Shown in pieces: positions 25,421-38,123 of a stretch of 64,000 nt of DNA. Below the pieces are notes generated by a model that saw nothing but the letters and a program-made list of their open reading frames with translations, was not told the origin of the DNA and ran no database searches. The position numbers were made by a program, and so were the translations under genes. Source of the DNA: Sarea resinae (lineage: Eukaryota); contig JAPEUD010000015.1 of the NCBI GenBank assembly GCA_026026165.1, positions 248,001 through 312,000 of the forward strand, given 5' to 3'. Position 1 is the stretch's first letter. The number at the start of each line of letters is the position of its first letter.

Positions 25421-27764
25421 AAATCAGCTCGGATATGATAGACAGAGGTGTTTGGCAAAGAGTAAGGATTTGCAGGTGAGAAATTGTGTAAGGAAAGAGT
25501 TGACGAAGGTCAATCGCGCCGTGTCCGTGTTGTGAGCTCGAATCCCGGCCGCCGTGGCCTTGGTGGCGGGGCTGACCGCCAAGTCTTTTCCACCACATTG
25601 CTCTGGGTGGAAACTAGAAGGCGTGGCGGAGGACCTAGTGAAAGTTCCACTCACATGGATGCCTCCAGCTTGCCTTCCAATTCGCGAGATGTTACCCATT
25701 ACGCTTTCATAGATATCGAATTCGAAAACTCCTATCATAATACAGAAAATGTAGTGCAAACATGAATTTCCAATGTACGAAGAGCATTTCACCGAGAAGA
25801 TCACCGAGCTTCTCCAATTCGGGGAGTCGGGGCCCGATCCGCCATAATTGTCGTATTTCTAGTCAAACCTCAGTACTGAAGATTGTCTACTTGCAAAGTT
25901 AGCTCGCAAGTCGAGGTATCAACCACTCGAGATCGCGATCCTGGGTTTTGAACAAAATATCGTCGAACGTCTCACGGTTTCGGAGGGATGCTCCGCTCTC
26001 TTCACGGCGGAGACGGAGTGCAATCTGAGCTGAGAATTGCCCACTAGGTCGACTCTCCACCTACGTCCGACATCAGGACCCATGTATTTGAGAAATATCG
26101 TTGAACGTCTCACGGATTCGGACACAGTCTCCGCCAATTCCTATGGGTCCTCGTCGATGCATTGACCATTGAGCATCACGATCCAGCGTTTTCAAACAAA
26201 GATTCTCCAACGCCTCACGTAGTGCCGCGCCGGAGTTCCTCGCCATCTGTATGTGGGTACATATCTTAATAGCCCCTGTTCAATCAGTAGGAAGCCATAT
26301 CCCCGGATATATCAGGTGGAAGTTTGTTATGTTGATATCCTACATGTCCAATCTCCATTCGTAAGTTTGATTGGTCTCGGGCGGCTGGTCCCATCCATGT
26401 TCATAGCCGTGGCTTTCGATCATCTTGAGAAGATGTGTCACCCAACCGGGATCGAGTAGAATATCCGGACTCAATTACAATCGTCAGTTAGTCAACAGCA
26501 CGATCTATCCTGAGCAAAGGAGACTGTCATGATGGTCAGGTGTCTCATTGACGCATACCCACGGGGCCGTCTTCTGCAGCTTCCCATATGGGGACCGCAT
26601 AATCGTCTAGAGGGAGTGAGGATCCAAGCACTGAAGCTGGCACCAGTGCAGGCCTCGGCTCAAGGTGCTCCAGCGACTGAGCATCAAGCGTTTTACTGCG
26701 TAGAGTAAGGGCTGCTCTTTCGTCGGGCCGACGCCCGTTAGACGCTCAGCCGGAAGCGGGCCGTAGTCGATGAATTGAGCAGTCCCCATTTTGTTCCCGC
26801 AAATAACAGGTCGAGGTTCGAGAATTCCGTGGTCGATCGTCTCAATCACCGCCCGGCCAGGACCACCGTCGGCGACGATTCCGACTCCGCGCGACCCGAC
26901 TCCGCGCGACCAAGCATCGCATGGCGGAGTCGGACGCGTAGCCGTCGGGACTTGCTAGCTATTGCCTCTGGTCGGGTCTTCGTGACGCCACCAAGAATGT
27001 GTCGTACTCGCCGAGTAGTATCTCCTTCATCGCTCTTGAGATTCCTTTCTTCATCCAATATGTTGGCCAGAAGATGGCAATTCATTCGACGTCTCGTTCC
27101 CGACAGTCTTGAAATTCGCAGCCAATCAGCGAAGCCACTAAAGGACCCTATTGGTAGAATAGACGACGCGGCCACTCTCATCCTATCGACTGTTTTCCAG
27201 GCAAGGCATTCCACTATATTAAGTTTCCATCCGAGCATTGTGGTCCTTGGATGCTGCATTCCAGCTTACCCTGCAGTGCTCCAGCTGTGCTGTGATGGCT
27301 CGCCTCTTATCAGTTCGATCTCTGCCACCCTGGAGGCAGCGCTCTGGCGTTTTTCGAGTCCTGTACTGATCATCAACATTTTGAATTGGCAACCTGAGGT
27401 TGCAATGAGCAATTATTCTTGCACCAGATTGAAGACCGAGAAATCTTCTCGAAATGCATCATAGAATCCTAATTAATTGTGTTCCGCGGAATGAGCCTGA
27501 GATGTGATTCCTTGGCGGTTATCGCTAGGTACTGCGTGTTCCCTAGCGGAGACTGCTCCGATCGGCACGGGGAAATACGCCCATGGGGGGAGTAAGGTAG
27601 CAGTCGTCTTTTTTTCCATTTCTCGGCTCCCGCATAGCTGTGTTGCGCATCAAACATCAACCTGTGATTGCGATTAGCCCATCAGAGCCCTGCTTGGAAC
27701 TCTTGTAATCGTCCTGATTTATTACCCACCATCCAACAGGCGTCTCGCATTCTCTCGTCTTTCG

Positions 27765-29009
27765 ATGGCTCCCTCTATCGTGCCGACCCCGGGGGCTGGG
27801 TCTGCAGCCAAGGACTTCAAGAAGGAGTCGACCTCGGCGCGGTTGCTTGGTTCAGGTGAGTTGCAATCGATCCCCTCGCGATGAGAATGCATTGCTGATA
27901 GAATGAACAGGATCTGCTGGTATTGCGGAGCTTGCAGTGTTCCATCCTGTAATGGGATTGCTTCACCGCCGTATCGACTTGCGCTGACATTACCTAGGTT
28001 GACACCATAGCCAAGCGGTTGATGAGCAACCAAGGCAAGGTGATTACACTGAAATATATTACTCTAGTAGAGCTGTAGCTGACATCTGGTAGATCACGTC
28101 CGTCGCCAAGCTCAATACTGTCATATTCCGAAACACGGCGGATGCTGCCCTTGGCAAAAAGTTCTTCTCCCTCTTTCCAGGTCTGGGATATGCCGCGGGC
28201 TACAAGGTGTGTAGCACACCAATCTGTTTTTCTTTTCCATCGTCTCTGACCGGAATCGGCAGGTCCTCCAAAGAATCTACAAGTATGGTGGACAGCCATT
28301 CGCTCGTGACTATCTGGCGAAAAACCACGGAGACAGCTTTGATCGCACTTTTGGGAAGGGCACAGGAAAGGCAATCATGCACGCGACCGCTGGAAGGTTT
28401 GCCATCTCAGACATTATTGGTTTTTCACTTCTAATCAAGACAGTTTGATCGGCATCGGCGAGATCGTCCTTCTTCCTCTGGACGTTCTGAAGATCAAGCG
28501 ACAAACAAACCCCGAGGCCTTCCGGGGTCGCGGCGTTTTCAAGGTAGTTGCAGACGAAGGCTTTGGTCTGTACAGAGGCTGGGGCTGGACGGCTGCCCGC
28601 AATGCCCCTGGTTCATTTGCCGTAAGTTCCTTAACTCAACCGCCATTCCGTACCTCACTAAATCAACGTCTAGCTCTTCGGTGGTTCTGCTTTCGCCAAA
28701 GAATACATCTACTCGCTCTCGGACTACAACAAGGCGTCATGGTCGCAGAACTTTGTCGCATCCATCTGCGGTGCCAGCGCCTCCCTCATCGTCTCGGCCC
28801 CTCTTGATGTCATCAAGACCCGCATCCAGAACCGCAACTTCGAGAACCCCGAGAGCGGCTTCCGAATTGTTGGCAGTATGATGAAGAACGAGGGCATCAC
28901 GAGTTTCTTCAAGGGTCTGACGCCGAAGCTGCTCATGACCGGTCCTAAACTTGTCTTTTCGTTCTGGTTGGCGCAAACTTTGATCCCGGCTTTCGATAAG
29001 GTTTTATGA
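27765..29009 (+). CDS. GGC1: Mitochondrial GTP/GDP carrier (Ggc1/Yhm1), multi-exon
   Basis: 'KKESTSARLLGS', 'VDTIAKRLMSNQGK', 'SLFPGLGYAAGYK|VLQRIYKYGGQPF', 'IGIGEIVLLPLDVLKIKRQTNPEAF', 'LTPKLLMTGPKLVFSFWLAQ'. Confidence 0.93.
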
Positions 29010-29667
29010 TGAACTTTGTTGATGTCTAGAATGGTAATTGAGCGTTAGAATCTGGACGGGAGTGCATTACGCCAGCGACGCACAACGCCTTTCCCTGCTC
29101 TCGAGAAATCAAGGCGGACTTTCTCATGGATGATAGAATTCTTTTCTCCTGTGTATGTATATTACACGATCCCTCAACGAGGCTCGTGTGCATTTTGGTC
29201 TCGCTGTCGGCATGTAAGATATCTATCTATATCTGGTTTTGATGGAAGCTGGAGTCCGCAATTTCCCCCAATGATACTCAACTCTCCTCTCCACGAATGA
29301 ATGAAGACAAAATAAGAACAAATCTGCGCCCACGGGATATGCGCCCTGAAACTATCCTCTCTCTCTCTCTCTCTCGTAAACGTGTACTTTTCAAGAGTAG
29401 AAGAAACGCGGTTTGGCAATCTGAGTCTGGCCATAAACGGGTCTGAACGCCGAGCTATATCGCACCGGCAGTTCCCGTCCCGCGATCTTTTCACCTCCAC
29501 CTCCAGCTCGAAGCTCTAATTTGTTTCCAATCACCCTACCTCATATCTGTCCGTCAGCTTCAGCTCCCCACAATATATATTCGGCGCACCCCTTCCGACT
29601 CTGAGCAATCAAACCTCACGTACTTGACCACGCCCCAACGCCTAAGAAAAGACACCAATCGTCGAAA

Positions 29668-30096
29668 ATGTCGGCGCCGCAATACAGATACATCATCTCC
29701 AAGTACGTCTGCCCCTGCCCCTCTGCCCGTCTGCCTCTCGATCTCCATCCCTCTCCACATCCTTCTTCCCCTCCCTCTTCCCTCTTCCCTCTTCCCACTC
29801 CCCACTTCCTCGACCTCTCATTCCCTCCCCCTTGGCCTTGGTATACCATTACCAACCCCCACCCCGAACCCAGCATCCTAATAACGCTCTATTACCCACA
29901 CAGATCGCTCGACCCCGTCTTTGCCATCGCAGTCGGGTCCCTCGCGGCCGGCGTGCGCATCCGGCGCGAAGAGCGCGAGAAACATGATCGAGACATGTGG
30001 GGCATATTGGACGTGGGCTTGAGACGGGTGGGCGTGGGCGAGGAGACGAGGAGGAGGATCTTGGGTGCGGGTGCTGGTGCTGGTGCTGGTGCCTAG
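29668..30096 (+). CDS. NCE101: Non-classical export protein 1 (Nce101 family); one intron 29703-29903
   Basis: Spliced 'MSAPQYRYIISR|SLDPVFAIAVGSLAAGVRIRREE' matches the Nce101 pattern 'YLIS..DP.FA....G..A...R..RE'. Confidence 0.8.
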   Translation: MSAPQYRYIISKYVCPCPSARLPLDLHPSPHPSSPPSSLFPLPTPHFLDLSFPPPWPWYTITNPHPEPSILITLYYPHRSLDPVFAIAVGSLAAGVRIRREEREKHDRDMWGILDVGLRRVGVGEETRRRILGAGAGAGAGA

Positions 30097-30720
30097 GCAG
30101 GCTTAGCTTGGCTTGGCTTGGCTACGGGGATCACGTAGGGGGGACGCGGTGTATGGTGATGGTGGGGAGGAGGGCGCGAAGGGAGTGAGAGTGAGAGTGA
30201 GAGTGAGAGTGGGAGTGGGAGTGGGAGTGGGAGTGGGAGTGGTGTCGCTCTCTCTTCTGGTCTCCTCTCCTCTCCTTTCCTCTCTTCTCCTCTGTATTCC
30301 GCGCGTGTAGCCCCGGCCCGGTCCAGGCTTTGCACTATACACACATGTCACCTTGCCGAGCCCACCGACCCACGCCCTCATATAGCAGGTCGAGTCCAAA
30401 GTCCAGGCTGTCTGGCGGCTCTGGCAGCTCCTAGGCAGGGCGGTGGTGGAGTGGCCGAGGGGCAGAGCCGGGCAGGACGGCAGGCCGACAAAGCAAGAGC
30501 AAAATCCCAACCCCCTCTACCAACGACTCGACTAGCCAACACACACGACAATACGACCTTGTCACCACATCCACGCAGTTCCGCACAGCACCTAAGCACA
30601 CGAAACCATTCCTCCCACCAACCTTCCTCCAAACTTTCCATCCACGACCAGCTCACCACCAGCCGTAAGCAGAGACGGAGAGACACGAAGAAGGGGGGGG
30701 GGAGGAAGGAAAACAAGGCA

Positions 30721-30737
30721 GAGAAGAGAGAGAAGAG

Positions 30738-30826
<89 letters not shown>
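30721..30826. repeat. (GA)n microsatellite, about 40 units
   Basis: Directly visible. Confidence 0.97.
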
Positions 30827-30828
<2 letters not shown>

Positions 30829-31710
30829 CAGACACACACTACTACATCATCGTCGTCGTCGTCGTCGTCGAATACAGACGTCGAATTGAGAAGAGACGGG
30901 CAGAAATCGCGTGCCCTACGTTCTACGTACCAGTGGCCGAGAAGCCGTGTTCGGTCTGTGCGCTACCTTATTCATCTCGTTGGGTTAGCTTGGGTTGAGT
31001 TGGGTTGGATTGGGGCTGGTGTACAGTGTATAACATAATATAATATTACTTGATATACCCTTTCATGTTCAAATTTTTTTTTAGCTTTACCCGGGAACAA
31101 TATCTGCAGTATAGATAGATACCTACTCGTCTAGTAAGAGTGGGCGAGTGGATGAGTGGAGGATATTGAGCCCAAGGTTCACAACGAGAAGGTCGTGGTT
31201 TGGGGGATGAGGGCCTTGAATTGATTAATCCGAGATATCAAAGGCAGCAGAACAAGACAAGACGAAACACGAGAGAGAGAAAAACCCCAGGAGAGATCCA
31301 TCAAATTGCATCCAGCCATTCATTCATCCAATCCATCCGTCACGACCTTGATTTGCTTGATTTCAAGCACGAAGAAGGGTGTGGTATTATCTTGTCATGC
31401 CGTACGCAGTGGCATACATACATATGCCATCCCGTCCCGTCCCGCCCGGGCGCAGCAACGATCGTAAGGCCCGTCAGCGGAGATGATAGTGTAGGACCGC
31501 CACCAATCTTCGTTCACTTATTCGGTACCAATCAATCTCGGCCCATCCGTTCATCGATCCATCCATCCGTCAAGAGGAAACAAAACCATCGGAGATAACA
31601 CGCAAGAAACATTTCCTAATCACCTAGCATTCCCATACGCCCAAACGACAAAAACCCGTCATCGTGGTGGAAGCAGTGCAAAGCGGGTGTGAAGCGGTTG
31701 AAGTGGGAAT

Positions 31711-32363
<653 letters not shown>

Positions 32364-33496
32364 CTCGAACGATACTATGGAGATGGTTGTTGCGGTTGAT
32401 GAAGTGGAAACGCGGTGGTTGTTGCTGTTTCGATGGTGATGATGGTATATGGTGGGGTAAGGGAAGGTTGGAGGATGGAGGTTGGAGGTTGGAGGTTGGT
32501 GACTGATTGACGAGAGGAGGGCGATGACAGCTATGCGAGGTGGCCTGGAGATACGGGGGGAGCTGGTGATATGTGAGTACTGGAGAGTGACTTCGAAGGT
32601 GCGCGAGAGAGGCGTGGCAGGTGAAGTCGCTGCTGGTCGATGACGCCTTTGGCTAGCGGGTAACGAGCGAGTGACTGAGAGGCGAAGGCGAAGGCGACGG
32701 CGAAGCGGCTGCTGACGAGTCGAGGCGGTGGAATGTGAGTCAGGGTACTTGGCCGCAAGTAGTGTCTGGCATCCATCACCGGAGAAGGGACTTGATATCG
32801 AGTACTCCGTCGTCCATCAGGCCCCTACTACGCAGTAGGCTGCCATGACACCGTTATCAGCTGCACCATTGCATGCGGGCCGTGGGCACGATCCCTCATC
32901 CTCTTCGCGAAACGTGACTCTGTTCCAATCTTGGCCGTGCAGGTACAGTTGCTCCTCATCCAGCGATGATCCGTCACCGACAGCCATGTTCTATCTCTAT
33001 GAACTCTGTATCTATTGTAGGTAATACTGTAGCAACGATATCCTCCATCTCGGCTGCCCATCCTCCGCAGTGTGAGGTGGTGGACTGTAATGGATGGGAA
33101 GTGGAAGTACATGGATATGTGTACCTGATGCCCTTCGGCGGAATAGATTATCCGATGCAGCATCTCTCCGCATTGATGAATGCCCGGGCACTGCACAGTG
33201 CAGTCAGTACGAGGGGTGCAGGCCAGTGCAGCTGGAGGTCGAGGGGCCAGATCCATTGGATAGCTATCTCATCAATCAACGTCGTATCAACATCATCACT
33301 TTCGGGCCACCACTTCGCTCGGACAGACATCTGCGGTCGAAAAGGGTCTTCTCGTCGAGGAGCCGGTGAGCGTGCAAGTCGGTGAGAGTGGTACCTGACA
33401 GCATCATCATCTACCGGGCACCGCTATTCCCAACAGTTATCACCTTCAATAATCCAACCCCATCCATTGGCTCTCGAGTCGATCCGTGTGGTCAAG

Positions 33497-34964
33497 ATGG
33501 CCCCCTCCAGACCCTGTCTCTATCGCATGGCCGGGTCCATTGCGGCTGCCGGCGCACGATCGAGATGCTCAGGAACGGTCATCGCGACAACACCACCGCT
33601 GCGCGACATTGCTGGGCTCCGAAGCCAAAAAGCACCCCATCTCAGTTCATCACGCATCGTACGACACTTTGCCGAGACCAGATCCTCCCCTCCACGCGAT
33701 ACCTCCAATGGTAGGAAACTTCCAAAGAGACCATCCCAGGGAACAGTCTGGGCACCCTATCTTAGAATTTCCGTCGGCGTCGTATTTGTTGGATCGCTCA
33801 TATATTCCATGGTGCGTGCTTTTTTTTTTCTTCTCGCCTCTCCCACTGATACCACTTCCTCGACAACATTGTAATCCGGCCAATTGACTTCATTGGGCCT
33901 TTGATCAACCAGCTAGACTGCCTGCTGACGCATTTTCAAAGATGACGGGAAAAGTAGAGCAAACGGAACCGCCAAAGATCGCCGAGCGCGATGAGCTCGC
34001 CAAGCGTGAAAACGGCGTTACCCCGCAATCCTCGATGCGGCTCCGAATGGAACAATTCATCAAGGAGCAGCAATTGGAGATCGTAGCGGGCCTCGAAGCT
34101 GTCGATGGCAAGAAATTCCGCCTCGATTCCTGGGACCGACCCAATGGCGGCGGCGGCATCAGCGCCGTCCTGCAAGAAGGCAACGTGTTCGAGAAAGCCG
34201 GCGTCAACATCTCCGTCGTCTACGGAACTCTGCCGCGCCCGGCCATTGAGAAAATGCGCGTCAACCACAAGGCCATGGACCCGGATGTCGAAAGCCTGGA
34301 ATTCTTCGCCGCGGGCCTGAGCATGGTGCTGCACCCGCGCAATCCCATGGCACCTACTGTGCATCTGAACTATCGCTATTTCGAGACCGCGTCTGCAGAC
34401 GACGGCAGCCCAACCGCCTGGTGGTATGGCGGCGGCTGCGATCTCACCCCCTCATATCTCTTCGACGAAGACGCCATCCATTTCCACAAGACCATCAAAG
34501 AGGCCTGCGACAAGCACGACAAGGCCTACTACCCGCGCTTCAAGAAGTGGTGCGACGAATACTTCCACATCAAGCACCGCGGCGAGTCGCGCGGCGTCGG
34601 CGGCATCTTCTTCGACGACCTCGACGAGACCGAAAAGGACCAGGAGAACCACTTTGCCTTCATCCAGGACTGTCTCAAGGCTTTCCTGCCGTCGTACGTG
34701 CCCATCATCGAGCGCCGCAAGAACATGCCTTTCACGCCCGAGGAGAAGGAATGGCAGCAGATCAGACGGGGCCGCTACGTCGAGTTCAATCTCGTGTACG
34801 ACCGTGGCACCGCCTTCGGCTTGAACACGCCGAGCTCGCGCACAGAGAGCATCTTGATGAGCATGCCGCTGACGGCCGAGTGGAAGTACATGCACGAGCC
34901 CGAGAAGGGGTCCCGCGAGGAGCGGCTCTTGAATGTTCTGAAGAACCCCGTCGAATGGGTCTAA
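33497..34964 (+). CDS. HEM13: Oxygen-dependent coproporphyrinogen III oxidase with N-terminal extension; intron 33812-33941
   Basis: '[22 protein letters not shown]', '[18 protein letters not shown]', '[11 protein letters not shown]', '[10 protein letters not shown]', '[16 protein letters not shown]'. Confidence 0.95.
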
Positions 34965-35320
34965 AGAAAGCAATGTAGCACACCTATGTCGGCATTTTGC
35001 CAAAAAGGAAGGAGAGGATTGGATCGCTGCGGAGGAAGACATGTTCAAGGAACATGGATTAGATAGAGAGGGACCGAGGACACAACAGCTTGTCGGGCTG
35101 TTGTTTCGTCCTTGTCCAGGAGGGCTGTATTATACGACATTCCGGATATGCTGGGTCTGGCGCCATGACATGCACAGAAGGGGTTACTATCATCATCACC
35201 ATCAACATCATCAACAACATCATCAATATCAACACCACCACGAGATCAATCTCTACATATCTCCCCCTCTCCCCTCCTCTCACTCTACCTCCGAGCATCA
35301 TCATCTCAGGAGACACATCG

Positions 35321-35351
<31 letters not shown>

Positions 35352-36464
35352 ACCATCCTACTTACTCATCTCATCTCAACCTCCCACACAAAAGCAAAAG
35401 AAAAAGAAAAAAAGAAAAAAACGGCTTCTTGAAACCCCCCCCCGGGCCTATCAGAAACCCAACATGGGACGACGGAATCGGGCCCATAGACAATGGACGT
35501 TTCACGTCGGCGGACTCCTCTTCGAAGAAGAAGAAGAAGAAGAAGAAGAAGAAGAGAGGGAGGGGGGAAAAACAGCCAATGTATCCAAAAAGCCCAAGCA
35601 AGCATAAAAGTACCGATATATATATCAATCCATGTCGAATGCAGATCAAACAAAACTCTTTTAGATATTCCTTTTTTTTTTTTCTCTCCCCTTGACTTGT
35701 CTAGGTAGTCAGTAGTAAGTAAGTAAGGAAGGAAGGTAGGTAGTAAGTAGTAGTGAGTACGCAAAAAAGCGCAAGGCCCCTTGGGTAAACATTGAGCTAC
35801 CTACCTACCTACCTACCTACCTTCCTACCTTAGACTTCTATACCCGGCCGGCCGGCCGGCACCAGCAAGGCGATGCCTGTTTGCTTGCTTGCTTGCTTTC
35901 TTGCTACTCAGCAGCACGAGGGTAGAATGTCATATTTCTCTTTTGGATTCGCTTCTGTCACTCTCATACTCACTCGACTCTATCCCCTCTTCCTCGTATC
36001 ACATCAGGAAAAAGAGAAAAAAAAAATTTAAGAAATAAAGGTTTCCCCTGCCGTGGACACATGGCTTTTTTGGGTTCGTGTTTGTGTATTGTGGTTTCAT
36101 CACCTGAATGCTTTGCTTTTGTCTCTGCTTTGCTTACTTCTAGCCCTTTTCATCATATCAAAGCATAGGTAGAGTGGGCTGTCTGGGCTCCCGTGTGCGT
36201 TTTTTTGGTGTGATCACCCCCCCGTGGAAGATAGAAAAAAAGAAAATAAAGAAAACAAAAGATACGTCTCGGCCGAAAAAGATCATACAGAGAAAAATAA
36301 ACCCCTTCATGCTGGCTGGCCCCACATCCCGGTCGTGCGCGCTCGATGGGTAAACTTCGCTGCGTGCGAGGATTTAAGTCAAGAAAAAGCGTAATTCCGA
36401 AGATGATCAAAAACGGCCCCGCTCGCTATCAACAGAGCGGTATCCGAGGCCGATGGAGAGAACT

Positions 36465-37739
36465 CTAGTTCGGGCACGCAGCCTGGACGTGTCCGGGTTG
36501 CTTGCACTTGTAGCAGACACGTTCTGACGACACCTCAGACGGGCAGTCACGGCTCAAGTGGCCGACCTCGCCACCTATGAAACGGTTAGCGACGAAATCC
36601 CTCGGGTGAAGTAAAAACTTACAGTTGTAGCACTTTTGGCCCTGGGTGCAGTCTCTCGACATGTGTCCGTATCCGCCGCACGAATAGCAGGTCTGGCCGC
36701 GGCCTCCGTATCCGCCACCACCATAGCTCTGGCTGTTTCCAAAGCCACCTCCGAAGCCGCCTTGAGCTCCTGCCTGAGTGCAATTACGAGCAATGTGGCC
36801 AACTTGACCACACTTGTAGCATTCCCGGCCGTTGCTATCGCCTCCGAAACCACCAGCAGCTTGAGCGCCGTTTGCCTCGTTGGTGCAGTCGCGAGAGATG
36901 TGACCGGCTTGACCGCAACGATAGCATGTCTTCTCCTGAGCACGGTTGGTGCAGTCACGGCCTGGAAAAGTCTTAGTACTCTGGCAATGGCTGTTTTCAA
37001 GCATGGAAACTTACTCATGTGACCCTCCTCTGTGCAAATCATACTGTTAGCTTTACCGGAACAAATTACAGCCACTCCAAGCTGAATGAATAGCACACAT
37101 ACGACCACAGTTGTAGCTAAGAGATGTCAGGGCTGTCTATTTCAATTTGTAAGGCAGTGTCTTACCAGGTACGAGCTCCGCTAGCTCCGCCAGCAGCAGC
37201 ACCCTTGGTGGGGCAGTCCCGGGCCTTTTATTCTCGTCAGGACCATGGCGACGCAGTCAAGTTCCAGAACTGTGAAGAAAACTTACTTGGTGAGTAGTGT
37301 CACCGCCTAGGAAGATACAATGTCAGTGGTACGACAGACACCCTTCGTCATTGTCATTGTGGCAGAGCAGGAACGAGAAAAGAGAGCAAAGATTTTTTTT
37401 GATGGCTGAAACAATCACGGAAGCCAGACGGCATTGAAGATAACGTCTGGGAAAGCTCGCAGGCTTTGCCATTGACTACCGAGCAGAAGGTCTCTATCGA
37501 AGAAATGTTTCGATCGAATTTGTGAGTCGCACGCAGGTCTGAAGATGAAATGGAAGATGGCCGATGTGGATCGATTTGGAACTGAGCGTCCTGGGGACGT
37601 CCACGAACGTGGGAAGAATATCTCGGAAAAGTGTTCAAAGGTGCGCAGTCAAAGCAAACAGGGCACAGCTATTCTCGAAGCAAGTTTGAGACTCACAGGT
37701 GTAACACCCACGGCCTCCAGCAGCATTGCCATAATCCAT
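36465..37739 (-). CDS. GIS2: CNBP/Gis2/Byr3-type zinc-knuckle RNA-binding protein (7 CCHC fingers), 7 exons
   Basis: Spliced MDYGNAAGGRGCYT|CGDTTHQ|ARDCPTKG..RTC|YNCG|QEGHM|SRDCT.. followed by further CxxCxxxGHxxxxC repeats, ending 'CYKCKQPGHVQAACPN'. Confidence 0.92.
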
Positions 37740-38070
37740 TATGAAGGTTTGAGGAAGTAGATTGAGCGCTGCAGAAAGTCGCCGTCAGCTCTGGGCCCGA
37801 GAATGGCGGTCGAGGAAGACTCACAAGGTAGAGAGCTGAATGTGTCCAAAGGAGCAAAGTTCAAAGAGATGATGAAGTCGAAATGTCGAGGTTGCGGGTG
37901 GAAGAAGTTTCGTGAGAGTCGAGTGAAGTTGAAAGAGAAAGAGAGCTGAAGCCGGTCGAGCACAAATTTCGAGGTTTCGAGTGTGGATTGACTTTTCGCG
38001 CTTAGGCTAAGGTGTATTCGTCGTCGTGTAGGGAGTAGTGAGCAGTAGTTTCACCGCACCGTGAGCAGTT

Positions 38071-38123
38071 TCACCAAGTAGTCACCAAGTAGTCACCAAG
38101 TAGTCACCAAGTATTCATCAAGT
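38071..38123. repeat. 11-bp tandem repeat (TCACCAAGTAG) x4-5 upstream of GIS2
   Basis: Directly visible. Confidence 0.9.

Noticed and set aside
30378..31038. ORFs with LS/ER repeats
   Set aside because: They are translations of the (GA)n microsatellite.
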